Assembly (NCBI RefSeq): GCF_001194135.2
Contig: NC_068982.1
Coordinates: forward strand, 101,631,119 to 101,675,553
Length of the DNA: 44,435 nucleotides
Origin: Octopus bimaculoides
Taxonomy: Eukaryota
Direction: 5' to 3'
Part shown: positions 11,566-23,830 of the stretch, one piece after another
How positions within the stretch are numbered: position 1 is the stretch's first letter
How the letters are laid out: each line of letters opens with the position of its first letter
Made by a program: the position numbers and the translations under genes
Notes under the pieces: generated by a model
What the model was told of the DNA's origin: nothing
Database searches by the model: none
Seen by the model: the letters and a program-made list of their open reading frames with translations, nothing else

Positions 11566-11704
11566 GACGGGCTTCTTTCAGTTTCCGTCTGCCAAATCCA
11601 CTCACAAGGCTACGTCGGGCTGAGGCTATAATAGAATAAACTTGCTCATGGTGTCACGCAGTGGGACTGAACCTGGTGTCATGTCTTTGGGAAGCAAGCT
11701 TCTT
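11335..11704 (-). mobile_element. SINE-A body and most of the head, interrupted at the A-box/D-arm by E2+E3
   Basis: GGCCATGCTGGAGCATCGCC...(TA)n...CGACGGGCTTCTTTCAGTTTCCGTC...GTGGGACTGAACC...GGGAAGCAAGCTTCTT. The missing 5' end is at 13565-13601. Confidence 0.9.
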
Positions 11705-12706
11705 TATTTCATGAAATTGACCATGAAGGCCGTACATAGAGGAGACAGCACATGGTAGAGACAAAAAGAAAATGAATGGAAAGGATGAATTGAATATAAT
11801 GAAAAAAGGAATGAAGCCGTTCGGCCCCTTCTTGTGATTTTCCTCAGCCTCCACGGGCAGTGGAGCACTAACCACTTTCTCCCTCTCTTGCTTTTATAGC
11901 ATCGCGGAATCCTCCGTTCCATTCTGACTTTCAGCGTCACGTCTGCGACCATGATTGTTTCCACCATACTTTTAATATCTTCTGGGCTAATCTGTACCAC
12001 CATATCCAGGCTTTGCCCTTGCCAGTTTCTGTAGGGTGTTCTAGTGGCCTGCAGGACCACCACCTTTTTTCCATGCCTAGCAGTATGGCAGCCACCAGCT
12101 TCTGGTGGTATATCTTCTACACTAACCCTGGAAACACATCTCCCAAGATATACGGGTAGAAGCACCACTTCTTCAGTTTGTAATGGTGTGGCTAAGATGT
12201 CTTGGCAGTAGCTACCTCCCGAAACTACACTTCCATCGTTCCGTACTTTCTTCCCTTGGCAAAGTAGGATATCTCTTGCCAGACTGGCCTCAACGACTTT
12301 TCAACTTGTGCCTCCGACACCACTTCTATTTTTCTTGTTGCCACCGCATATGTTCTATAAACAATCGTTCTCTCTTCCTTATCCTTTAACACTTCTTTGG
12401 GGGTAGGGAGACTTTCACGTCGTTCCCCTCTCTTTTAAGAATTTCTATGAAATTGCTCAGCTCTTCCAGACTTATATCTTCTATTTGTTCCTTTGCCGCC
12501 GCTGCATAATCCGCCTTCTCCATCTCTTTGTCTATCTTGTTTACGTATTCCGCTAATTCTTCCTCTGACGAATCACATTCTAGGGAAGAATAACTTCTCC
12601 CAACTTCTCGCTCGACGCCCCTCCATTACTCAAGAGGCAAAACGTCGCTCACCAGGAAGCCAAGTGTAACAAACAAATCCAACAATACTACTGAACAACC
12701 ATAGAC
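11705..12706 (-). mobile_element. E2: internally deleted ORF1-only L1/Tx1-like element
   Basis: Minus-strand translation RKIEVVSEAQVEKSL...SYFAKGRKYGTMEV...VVLLPVYLGRCVSRVSVEDIPPE...TLKVRMERRIPRCYK is homologous to the E1 core; the knuckle is cut after CYK. 3' UTR homologous to 4565-4720, ending ...CATGAAATA. Confidence 0.8.
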
Positions 12707-12722
12707 CAGAAGCAAGTTTCTT

Positions 12723-13564
12723 TATTTCATGAAAATTGGCCATAAAGAGGCGACTTCATTTTCATCTTTCATGGTGTAACTTAATTTCATTTTTTTTTTT
12801 TGGTCCCCACTTTGTGCTGTCCCCTCTATGTGTTTATGTCAGAAAAGATGAAATGAAGTCGCTCCGCCCCACTTCCGGGCGATTTCATTGAACCCTTTGC
12901 AACACCATTTACTTCCGGTGGTATGTCCTCCACCCTTACCCTGGTAGTCCGTGTCCCAAAGTACACGGGTAGCAATACTACTTCATCCGTTTTCAACAGT
13001 GTGGCCGAGTACAGTTTAGCAGTTGCTATCTCGTTAAGCTGCCCCTCCACCGTTCCATATTTTCGTCCCCTGGCAAGGTATATTTCCTGCTAGACTGACC
13101 TTAGTGCCTTTTCCACCTGTGCCTCCGACACTACTTCAATTTTTCTTATTGCTGTGGCGTAAATTCTATCGACAATTGTCCTTTCTGCCTTGTCTTTTAA
13201 TACTTCTTTTTTTGTGGGGGTGGAGGGGGACACACCTTCACTTCGTTCCCCTCCCTTTTAAGTATTTCCTTGAACTTGCTCAGCTCTTCCAGGTTTATTT
13301 CTTCAATTTTTCCCTTCTCTAGCTGCCGCTGCATAATTCTTCTTCTCTATATCAGTGTCCATCTTGTTCAAGTACTCAACCAATTCCTCATAAAACGAAT
13401 CACATTCTAGGAAAGAACAGCTCAACATTTTTCAACTTCCCGCTCGACAGCCCTCCATCACAAGAGGAAAAACGTCGCACAGCCAAAAACAGAAAAAGAA
13501 ACACAGCCAAAAAAACACGCCCGTCTTGCTCATAACCAACAAACCAAATGAATTCTGAGAAATC
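12723..13564 (-). mobile_element. E3: second internally deleted ORF1-only element, tandem with E2
   Basis: LLKTDEVVLLPVYFGTRTTRVRVEDIPPE; 13230-13485 is homologous to 12410-12660; same 3' terminus (TATTTCATGAAAATTGGCCAT on +). Confidence 0.8.
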
Positions 13565-13601
13565 GGAAGCGAACTTCTTTCTACACAGTCACGCTTGCGC
13601 C
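13565..13601 (-). mobile_element. Displaced 5' end of the SINE-A copy at 11335-11704
   Basis: GGAAGCGAACTTCTT-TCTACACAGTCACGCTTGCGCC matches the intact SINE-A end GGAAGCAAGCTACTTACCACACAGCCACACCTGCG at ~30146-30181. Confidence 0.75.
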
Positions 13602-14322
13602 ATCATATATATATTCGTATAGCTGACAGATATTTTCGTACTAACACTTACTTCCTGTATTTTTAACAATTATAGAGCCGAGACCTCAGTCAATGAAGGA
13701 GTTTAAAACAAATGGTGCCAAGTGTCTAGAACAAGAACCGAATAACACGAGGGATGTCACGTAATTCGAGCCTACAACTCATTTCTTAAAGTCAACTATC
13801 CCTAAATGAATCCCGTTGAACACGGTCGATACTTTTACACTATAACATACATAAATACACTTCTGATTTCATAGACATATGCAAAGATGTGTTTGAATGT
13901 GTGCCGGAAACAATTTTGCAGATTAAGATTAAAGTTGCAAATAGAATTATTGTTAGTAGAGCTGTGTTTGAAATAGTACTGAAAAGATTACTTTCAGAAG
14001 CTGATTTTAATATACACAGGAGAGTTTTCCCTGTCATCCATTTTTTTTTTGGTTTTATAAGTTTCAATCAAACGTAAATATGAACATCATATAAATTTAG
14101 CGGTCGATGACTCCAAACACCGACTAGATCGAACATAGAAAGGTCAGTTATCAATAACACTATAGATAAAAATCATTAATGTCGCTTGTCTCCCTATTGT
14201 ATTATGCTGTTAATCATTGCTTTATGTTTAGATGCTAATATTAATTACATTAATCGTCATCTATTTTTTATGTTTTACCAATACAACTCTCCTATTATAT
14301 AGTGTCTTAATAGTTCCGCAGT

Positions 14323-14358
<36 letters not shown>

Positions 14359-16020
14359 AGATAGATAGATTGAGAGAGAGAGATAGTTTATATGTATACG
14401 TATTTTTCCTATCAATTTATGAATCGTATAATACAATATATTGCTATAAAATGAGTGATTCACTGGCTGGATAATGTTGTCATATGGCTAACATTACAGT
14501 TAAGTATTTCAAAAGACTAATGTAATATAACAATTGAAAGCTTATGTGAAATCATCAACGCCACCCTTAAAACTGGTACCTAATAAATAATTTTTATTCC
14601 AAGTACACAAGTAACGGAAAGTTTTATATTATTTTCCAGATACCTGCAACTTTGTATTAGTTTCATTTTGTTTACGTGAAAACTTAAATATTCGACAAAG
14701 ATAGGAAGGTGTACAATAGTGAGTAGCTGAACAGTATGTAATTTTCGTTATCGCTCAAGTAGTTATTTTGTGCTCTCGCTATTATCATTATTCTGACTTC
14801 ATTTGGACAGATAGATGAGTCAAGCCAGGGAAGCTGCTTTAAATGACTAATATAACATAACAATTCAACCGTTTATATAAAAGCTATAAAATTCATCCCT
14901 AATTTAACTGAAGTACACCCATGTATATATATATAAATATATTACTGTATCAAAGATTTTGAGAAAAGATTTGCTTGAAGTTTCTAATCAAAACTCTCTA
15001 TTAAGCTCTCTATTTTTCAGAATCGTACATGAGGTAGCAGGTGATAATAGATATATTGTGTCATCATCGTTCTATTGAACGTAAATAATATAATTTCCAT
15101 TTAGTAGTTGGTGTATTTTATCACACGCACACCTGGCAGCTGTTACTGTGATACAATTTTTTGCGCATTGTGTATTAACACGTTACAGTTCTCTTCACTC
15201 GGTCTTTTATTTTCATATTCGGTTCATATCTTATTCTATTCTCATTCGTACCACACCCATTTAAAGTTAACCCTTTTTTCCTTTAAGAGAATTCTATTTC
15301 ATGAATAATTTTAAATTATCATCGTCAATGTGTTAAAATTTGAAGTACCGAATTCTGCTCTAACTCCCCCTTTCTTTTTTCTCGAAATATACTTGAATAT
15401 ATGGTTATGAAATAATGACAGGCGAAATCAATCTCAGTAATTAAGAACCTTTGAATTTTATCAATCATTAACAGGAGCCCATTCGCATAAATTATATAAG
15501 AAGTGATGCAAAGAGCTAACAAGCCTCATTGTACAAGATACACACAAACTTTGATCAGTTAGCAACGAAGATGAACAGTTAAAAATAGACATAATAAAAG
15601 AAAATGAAAACTTATATATATTTGATATAAGTTTGTGATAAGAGATCGTTACGTAAGTCAAGATTTACAGGTTTTCCCTCTCGGCTATGAACGAGCAAAA
15701 ATATAAAACATCTACACCGAGTTTTAATTTACTTTATTCTTTTGAAACAACTTCACATGATACATGATGAACTAAATGTCAACTAAAGCTTAGGGTTCTT
15801 TCTTCTTAGAGTTAATTTTCCATTTTATTTCTGCATTCCTAAAAGTTATTTGAAGTAAAATTAAAGGCAAAAGAGAAATAAGGAAAGAATATCTCCATTT
15901 AATATGTTTATTTTTACTGAATGTAGATAAAATCAAATATATTTGAAGTAAATGCACACATTACTGTCTTTATATGTGTGTGTGTGCGTCAATGAAATCA
16001 TCCTTTTCGAAGCAATAACA

Positions 16021-16390
16021 GGGCAGAGACTTAGGCAGAAATATAATATAAAGCCTGGAACTGGAAATCGAAACTTGGTTTATCTATTACGTAGCAATCT
16101 CTCACTCTACTTGCATCTATCTTACTTTCAGCAATCTCTATTATTCTGTGGTTGGATACGCTAAAATATCGTAGGTGTCTCCTGAAAATAAATCAGGATT
16201 CTAAACAAAGGGTCAGAGACCTAGGCAGAAATATAGTATATAAAATTTCCAACTGGGAATTGAACCTTTGTTTGTCTGCTACATACTAAACCTAAACAGT
16301 GATTGTATCTATCTATTTTCAAATACCTCTATTATTTTGTGGTTGGATACGCTAACATATCGTAGGTTTTTCCTCATAATAAATCAGGCA
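16021..16390. repeat. Diverged ~190-bp tandem duplication
   Basis: CAGAGAC(T/C)TAGGCAGAAATATA...CTCTATTATT(C/T)TGTGGTTGGATACGCTAA(A/C)ATATCGTAGG...ATAAATCAGG occurs at 16021-16200 and 16210-16390. Confidence 0.85.
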
Positions 16391-16799
16391 TTATTCATAT
16401 TCGTTAATGTCGTGTCTGATTTCTCACATCATTTGATAAATGATAAGTTCAACTATGACTTCTTTTTCGCTCATATAGCAAGGGCACATTCGTTAAGAGA
16501 TGATCAAACGCTCTCGTCTCGGTGACGCTTGATCGTTATTTCCAGATGAAATTCAAACTTACTGTGCATCGGTAATTGGCTACGACAAACCTTTTATGAT
16601 CTGTGCTTCATTATAAAGTTAGCATGGTTTAATGCAATATTCTTGTGGAAAGTTCCCTGATATGTAGGCAATAATTATTTCTCAGCAAATGTAATCCGTT
16701 AGACGGGTTCGATCTACAGTATGAACCATTATAATTATTTTTGGTAACGACTTCATAACATTTAATTCATATTAATTTAGGAAGAATCACTGGAGTGTC

Positions 16800-17390
16800 G
16801 AAAAAAATCACTTGCGATATTTGTTTTAGCTCTTTATGTTCTGAGTTCCAATCCCGCCGAAATCGACTGTGATTTTCATCTTTTCGGGGTCGATAAAACA
16901 GCGTACAAGCCAAGTATCGGAGTCGGTGTAATCAACTAAGCTCCCTTAAATTTGCTGGCCTTGTGCTAAAGTAGAAAGTATTCAACTTTGATTATTAACG
17001 TAGCGAACTGGCGGAATCATTAAGCACGCCGGACGAAATGCTCAGTGGCATTTCGACTACCTTTACGGTCTGAGTTGAAATTCCACCAAAGTCGACCTTG
17101 CCTTTCGTCCTTTCCGGGTCGATCAAATAAGTATTAGTTGAATACTGTGGTCAATGTAAATGGCTTGCCCTTGCCCCAAAATTTCAGGCCTCGTGCCAAA
17201 TATAGAAAGAACAATTAAGGCGGTGAGTTGGCAGAATCGTTACTTTGCTGGACAAAATACTTAGTGGCCCTTCGTCCATATGTTCAAAATTGATTTCGCT
17301 TTTCTTCCTTTTAGGGTCGATGAAAGAAATACCAGTTGAACACTGGGTCGATGTAGTCGACTAGCCACTTCCCCAAAATTTCAGGCCTAT
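16800..17390 (+). mobile_element. Head-to-tail cluster of three SINE-B copies
   Basis: Units near 16810-16985, 17000-17210 and 17218-17390, with heads such as GGCGGTGAGTTGGCAGAATCGTTA. Confidence 0.85.
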
Positions 17391-17744
17391 CGTTTCGATT
17401 GTTCAGGGGTGTAGAAATGTGTTTATAAATTACAACTACTATACTTCGGTGTTTTGTCTGTGTTTATAATGCATGCAATACGAGCTTTGTTATTATATTA
17501 GGTGGCTATTACACAGATTCATATTTTTTAAACTGTATTGTGTGTATTGTGTTAATGACATGAAAGGATTTTTACGTAGGGTGTGGGCTGAGCCTAGTAA
17601 GGCTATTTTCTTCTTCATTTCCTGTTTTTCCCCCTTAGAGAGCAAATGAATGTTAATGAGGCCTGTTAGAGAATTTCTGCTTTGTTTATTGTTTTTGTAA
17701 TTGGAGAACTAGGTATGCTACCTTACCAAGTTCTCTAATTAATA

Positions 17745-17930
17745 TTGGTTTCAAATTTCGGCACAAGACCAGCAGTTCCAGGGGTGGGAGGTAAGTCGAT
17801 TACATCGACTGGTACTTATTTTATCCATCACGAAAGGATAAAACACAAAGTTGATCACAACGGCGTTTGAACTCAGAACGAAAAGATGGTCGAAATGACG
17901 TTAACCATTTTACCAGCTCGCCACTTCAGT
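17745..17930 (-). mobile_element. SINE-B
   Basis: GGCACAAGACC...GTCGATTACATCGACTGGTACTTATTTT...TTTGAACTCAGAACG...CCAGCTCGCC. Confidence 0.8.
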
Positions 17931-18199
17931 TTTCTAATTAAAATTCATATTGCTTTTATTTTCATATCCTACACCCTTCGTGTTTCCATTTCTAGATACA
18001 TATACCAGATAGTTTCTCAGCCACATTTATGGCAATATTTTGGTCAAATGGGATGAAGATATCTATCAGAGTAGAAAAGTCTCCTATTGAAGAGAATGAA
18101 TTCGTTATTGCCACACCTTAAATAATATAGGTATTGAATTGATTATCTTTATGAGATAATAGATTATCTTTATACATGCAAATCCTACCAGAATTTAAT

Positions 18200-18325
18200 T
18201 TACATTTTGGGTGAAATGAATTTAGGAAGACCTGAAGTCGCAATGCAGCAGACTTGAACATGCTAAAGCCAGTGCCATGGATCAGAAAGCGTGGAATAAC
18301 ATTATCACCAGAGTCCGTCATCCAG
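18200..18325 (+). pseudogene. Possible RTE LINE extreme 3' remnant
   Basis: GRP / EDL...SAMDQKAWNNII resembles the RTE C-terminal GRP...AM.DR..W motif. Short. Confidence 0.3.
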
Positions 18326-18789
18326 GAGCACCTGCAATTTACAACAGAACTGCAATTTTCAGCAATTTCTTCTTCCACACACGCTCTCTAGAGATGTGAA
18401 TTTACAGTATCTCAGCCTGCGCATCTGCCCTCATCGACGTGAATATAAAAAATCTACTTCATTTTATTTTGAAACCATTTCACCTTAATGCTCGTGGAAT
18501 TTTTTTTCTGTACAATCGCTAGCGGGGATTTTCGTGCAAAAACATCCAACCATCTATCATTTCTATGTATACACTTGTGTTTTTGTTTATACTTTAGAAG
18601 CAGAACCTTCATGATTTTTTTACGTTTTGAAGTTTATAACTTATTTCGAAAGTACTTTTAATATTCTGCATCGTTATATGATAACGTTCTTTTAGAGGGA
18701 AATATTAAAAAATCTTATTTTGTAACTTTCAGCGAGCTTACCTTAAAGAAAGAAATATTATGTGTATCTTACACAGAAAGTAGTAGAGT

Positions 18790-18990
18790 TTCTAGGCTGT
18801 TCTACTAATTCACCAAACAACTATTCCTTGTCTAGTATATATTCTTTGTCTAATACTTGAATTTTTTCATTTACATCTATTAGCTTCATCCGCGCGGTCG
18901 TTCTCTCCGTCTTCCTTGACGTAGTAATTACCATGTCCCTACCAAGAAAATCTTCATATTCCTTTTTTCGATCTTTGTTGTTCGTATTAT
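18790..18990 (-). pseudogene. Possible further copy of the E-family C-terminal domain
   Basis: TARMKLIDVNEKIQVLDKEYILD resembles VVRMKLPREKFKEVERYILLD at ~2550-2620. Confidence 0.35.
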
Positions 18991-19004
18991 TATTAGTAGT
19001 AGTA

Positions 19005-19551
19005 TTGAGTGAGAGAGCAGTGCATGCCATCAATGTGACATTGGGGTAAAATATACGAAGCCCAGTATACCCATCATGACTGCCCGTCTGATAAGAGTAC
19101 ACCAGGCACGTGCATCGCAACCATACATGCGCGACATGGCGATCATATATCAAGATAAATAGTACCTAACCTTGCAGGTGGGACCGAGTTAGAATTTTCT
19201 TCAGTTCTAGTAGCCCATTCCACTCAAAAGGTTTGTTTAAGAGAGTTGAACGAAACATCAATGTTTCCAGAGGTAAGTTATTCAAACCCCAAAGAATTCC
19301 TCTCAACACATGGCAATGATGCCCCCCCCCCCATTACTTCTGCTCGTGATCAGAGATGCGGATATTGTCAGCTACCAAGGGACATGCTCAACTGGTTAAG
19401 GTCAAACAGTTGATAAGCAAATGTGTGGTATTGGGCAGAATATTTGCTGTAGCCCATCTTTTGTCAAAGACAAAACAATGTACATGATAACACTTCCAAT
19501 CAGTTAAGATGAGAAGCCATGAAAGCCACTGTCTGGTACTGCATCAGGGCA
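19005..19551 (-). mobile_element. ~540-bp non-coding interspersed repeat flanked by (ATT)n, copy 1
   Basis: Colinear and highly similar to 21426-21943 from GAGAGAGCAGTGCATGCCATC to CTGGTACTGCATC(A/C)GGGC. Strand is inferred from an assumed (AAT)n 3' tail. Confidence 0.8.
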
Positions 19552-19566
19552 TTTATGATGATGATG

Positions 19567-19601
<35 letters not shown>

Positions 19602-19602
19602 G

Positions 19603-19810
19603 AAGGCGGTAAGAAGGCAGAATTGTTAGCACGCCGGACAAAATGCTTCATGGCATTGCATCTCACTTAACATTCTGAGTTCAAATTCCCATGTGAACGA
19701 CTTTACCTTTCATAATTTTAGGATCAATGAATTAAGTCAGGCACTTGAATCGACTAACCTCCTTCTCCTAAAGTTCAGGCCTTGTGCCTACAATAGAAAG
19801 GATTATTATT
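19603..19810 (+). mobile_element. SINE-B
   Basis: AAGGCGGTAAGAAGGCAGAATTGTTAGCACGCCGG...CAGGCCTTGTGCCTACAATAGAAAGGATTATT. Confidence 0.85.
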
Positions 19811-19815
19811 ATTAA

Positions 19816-19848
<33 letters not shown>

Positions 19849-20211
19849 CCCTTACAGCCGGGATACAAGATTTCACAGGCACAGGGAGAAATAACGATGT
19901 TGCACGCACAACGACCGCCCAGAAAAAGAAAGGTCAGACTTGGCCGAACATCGGTCACGTGAGAAGAGAAGAGAGAGAGGTAGAGGCAGAGGGACAAAAG
20001 AATTAGGAAAGGGCGAGAAAAAATGACAGAGACACAGTGAAGTGAAAAGTGGAGGGAGAAGAGAAGGCAAGGAAATGTGAGCGAGGGGGAACGAAAGAAC
20101 GAACAGTGGAATGAACGAATAAGGGTGAAGGGGCTGATAGACAGAAATAGAGTCATACAAGATTTAGAAAAATGTGTATTTACATATAAGAGACAAAGTG
20201 TACGTACGCCG

Positions 20212-20247
<36 letters not shown>

Positions 20248-20745
20248 CAGAATGGGACAAGAACGCAAAACATCCAGACAGTTAGGTGATATAAGAAAGG
20301 GACAAAACATACAGATAGACGATACAAAGAAAACACGGACATGTCATTCGAAGTTTTCTCTCTTCAGTCGAGATCCAGATTATCTTTGCAATTTCGGCTG
20401 GTTATTCTCGATATTGCCCCAATCTGGCCAGCCCCAAGGAAAAACTAAGCTAAGAACATTCGATTCGTTGGAAGAAAGCAGCGAATGTATACAAAAACAA
20501 GGACGGGAAAAAACGAACAATGTTACACAAATACAGTAGGAATAATAACAGGACAAAACAACAGATGTCTTTCGACTAAGGAAGAATATATATATATATA
20601 TATAAAAGAAATAGAAGATTCGAAGGGAAATGATAACAAAAGACGAGATAAAGAACTTCTAGTAGAAACACTCACAATCAGCTGAAGGGACGACACAGCT
20701 ATCTCTCCATAGGAATCATTTCTTCCCTTCCCTCATCTATCCAAT

Positions 20746-21325
20746 ATGGTGTTGCTCAGAAGAAGCAACGTAAATATTACATGACTTGGAGATGCTCTGG
20801 AAGTAGAGCTACGTGTTCAACGTCCTCAGACGACAGGTATATGTATATGACGGCAAGCTTTCAAGCACATTTTGGGTGAATATTACATCTATTATCCAAG
20901 TCGAAAGTTCCAGAATGGTGTGGATATCTTCTTAGAGAAGGAACGTTGATGTCCTGGATGTGGACAGTAGTGAATGAGTTGCCTTCAGACTAGTCCTAGT
21001 TTATGCTCCGGCAAGAGCAGGACAGCAGAATTTGTTCTGGCATATGGAGTTCTTTCTAGAAACCTCCCGCTGAAACATGCATCGAATATGTACATTTTGA
21101 TTGTGTCAGGCCAGCTTATAAGCAGGGAGTGGAAAAGCTTCCCAAAATCTACCCGGACGTCTCCAACTGTCTGATAGATACAGACTCGATTTCCCGAATG
21201 TGTTAATATATACACGGGAAAATCAGCATCGAGTCATCCAGATCGTACCAACATGGCGTACTCTATAGGTCAGTTGATAGGGTTAGAATAGGTTTCCACA
21301 ACTGAAATTAGTCACTACACAAACA
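20746..21325 (+). pseudogene. L1/Tx1-clade ORF2 apurinic-like endonuclease (APE) remnant
   Basis: VLDVDSSE*VAFRLVLVYAP (20951-21010), QLSDRYRLDFPNVLIYT and SSRSY..VL match Tx1/L1 APE motifs (.NVYAP, D.WR..HP...YTW, SR.DR); frameshifted. Confidence 0.7.
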
Positions 21326-21334
21326 CATAGAAAC

Positions 21335-21425
21335 TAGTTGAGTACTGGGGTCGATGTAATCAACTAGCCTCCTTCCCCCAAAGTTCAGGCTCTTGTGCCT
21401 ATAGTAGAAAGGATTATTATTATTA
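21335..21425 (+). mobile_element. SINE-B 3' part ending in (ATT)n
   Basis: GTACTGGGGTCGATGTAATCAACTAG...CAGGCTCTTGTGCCTATAGTAGAAAGGATTATT. Confidence 0.8.
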
Positions 21426-21943
21426 TTGAGGGAGAGAGCAGTGCATGCCATCAAAGTGACACTGGGGTAAAATATACGAAGCCCAGTATACCCATCAGGA
21501 CTACCCGTCTGATAAGGGTACACCAGGCACATGCATCACAACCATATGTGCACGACATGGTGATCTCATATCAAGATAAATAGCCTAAGACCTCGCAGGT
21601 GGGGCCCAGTTAGAATTTTCTTCAGGTCGAGTAGACCATCCTGCTCAAAAGGTCCCTGAATAAGGTTTGTTTAAGGATGTTGAGCAAAACACCCATGTTT
21701 CCAAAGGTGAATTATTCAAACCCCAAAGAATTCCTCTCAACACATGGCTATGATGCTCCCCCACAGCTCATGATCAGAGATGCACATATCGTCAGCCACC
21801 AAGGNNNNNNNNNNTGTGGTATTGAGCAGAATATTTGCTGTAGCCCATCTTTTATACCAAGGCAAAACAATGTACATGATAACACTTCCAATCAATTAAG
21901 ATCAGAAGCCACGAGAGCCACTGCCTGGTACTGCATCCGGGCG
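21426..21943 (-). mobile_element. ~540-bp non-coding interspersed repeat flanked by (ATT)n, copy 2
   Basis: See copy 1; contains a 10-N gap. Confidence 0.8.
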
Positions 21944-21966
21944 TTTATTATCATTATTATTATTAT

Positions 21967-22022
<56 letters not shown>

Positions 22023-22734
22023 TTTGCTTTTTGATTGATTGCTTGATTGACTGTTTTCTAGCTCGAAAGTTTGAGAAATATTTCAACGAGTGTAAACCTA
22101 AACCACCAGCAATCAGTCCAAAGTAGAACGGACTGTTTGATTTTGTTTTTCAAACAGACATAAATAAAACAAAACTTCCCGATAGCTTAGTCTTATCAAC
22201 GCACTTCAAAGATACATTATTCGCAATGACCGTACAAAAACCGTTATCGAGAAACGCCTCAACAAATTCTCCCTCAGCATCGCCACACCCATACATACAT
22301 ATGTACTTCTTCCCCATGTACAACGCTTACAGATATACATACATTCATACACAAACAGGGTTTCTCCGATTATTGAATGTTTCTTTGAATCTAGACGAAA
22401 CACTGACAAGCGATGTTATAGCAAAGCAAGTATTATTGTTGACAAGTCTCTAAACTTCCTTTCCACAAATCCTTTCCCGTTCGGGTATTCTCTTTTTCCC
22501 TATCCTTTATCCTTGTCTCAAACTCTGTTTCATGTTTTGCTTTTGTCTGTTTAGCAAGAAATATGAGCTATTAAGACAGAATGAAATGCAATTAACTTTA
22601 AGCGATAAACATCAACTCTGTCAGACATTGAGATTAGATAGCGAAGCGTTGGATTGGTTCAGATGTATGTTTTGTGTAAGCAAATGATCTTTGGGCGTTT
22701 GTTGTGAGTTTTGGATGCTTTTCTGAACGCGCCT

Positions 22735-22794
22735 CCCTCTCTGTCTCTGTCTCTGTCTGTCTGTCTCTCTCTCTCTCTCCCTCTTTCCCTCTCT

Positions 22795-22830
<36 letters not shown>

Positions 22831-23830
22831 CTCCTTCTTTTCCTTATATATAATCACATATGTGATTGAGAAAGAGAGGATATTTTTCTTTGTTTCAATC
22901 CATGGGCTCTGTGTGCGAATGTATATAAATACGAATATACATACATAGATATATATGTATGTGTATACATATAAATATATAATATATATGTAGTGTGTGT
23001 GTGCGCGCGCGTGGCTGTATTCATGATGTATATATGTACACCCACACACGCATGTGTGTTTGTGTGTGTATGTATGCGTTTGTGTACATGTGTGGGTATA
23101 TAGATGCTTGTTCTATTGCTTGTACGGGTGTGATAACATGAGCTGTTGTATATGTATATGATGTTGGTGTGAATGTGTGCGTGTGGGTTTGAGTTGGGAA
23201 TGTAGACGTGTGTGTATATCTATGCGCCGGATTGACTGCTTTTAAGGATGTTTTATTCGTTTGTCTTCCCTGAAATTTGTCTGTAGTCATGTCTTGTTAC
23301 TATGTGAATGGTCGTGCGGGTGCGTATGCGGGTCTATATGGGTGATTTGTTAACTCGTGATAGTTTTAGTATGCGCGTGTGTATTTCTCCTCGTATCTCT
23401 GATGCGGATAGTATGTGTGTTCATGATTTTACTGGAGTGTCTTAAAAGTAAATGTGCCTGTATGAGTGAGAGTGTGTGTCCACATACTTCACATTTATAG
23501 TGAATACATGCGTGTGTGTGCATGTAGCTTTATAATTGGGAGGCTGTGCGTGTGTATATATGTTCAGAAGTAACTGCACATATACATAGTTTTCTTCATG
23601 TATGAATCTGTGAGTTCGTCTTTGTATGAATGCGTGTATGTTCAAATATATATTATGATCGTGTTGAAGCATTAGTTGTGTGTGTCTATATGTAAAAGGA
23701 TGTGGTAATGCTGGTAACTGTATTTGAATAAATACCCGAGTGCGCAGGCGTGTGAATACGTGCGCGCCTATGAATGTGTCTGTATAGTTGTTTATGAATA
23801 TAGATGCGTGCGTATGTGTTAATTACATTG
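22735..23830. repeat. (CT)n tract then degenerate (TG/TA)n low-complexity region
   Basis: Direct inspection. Confidence 0.8.
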
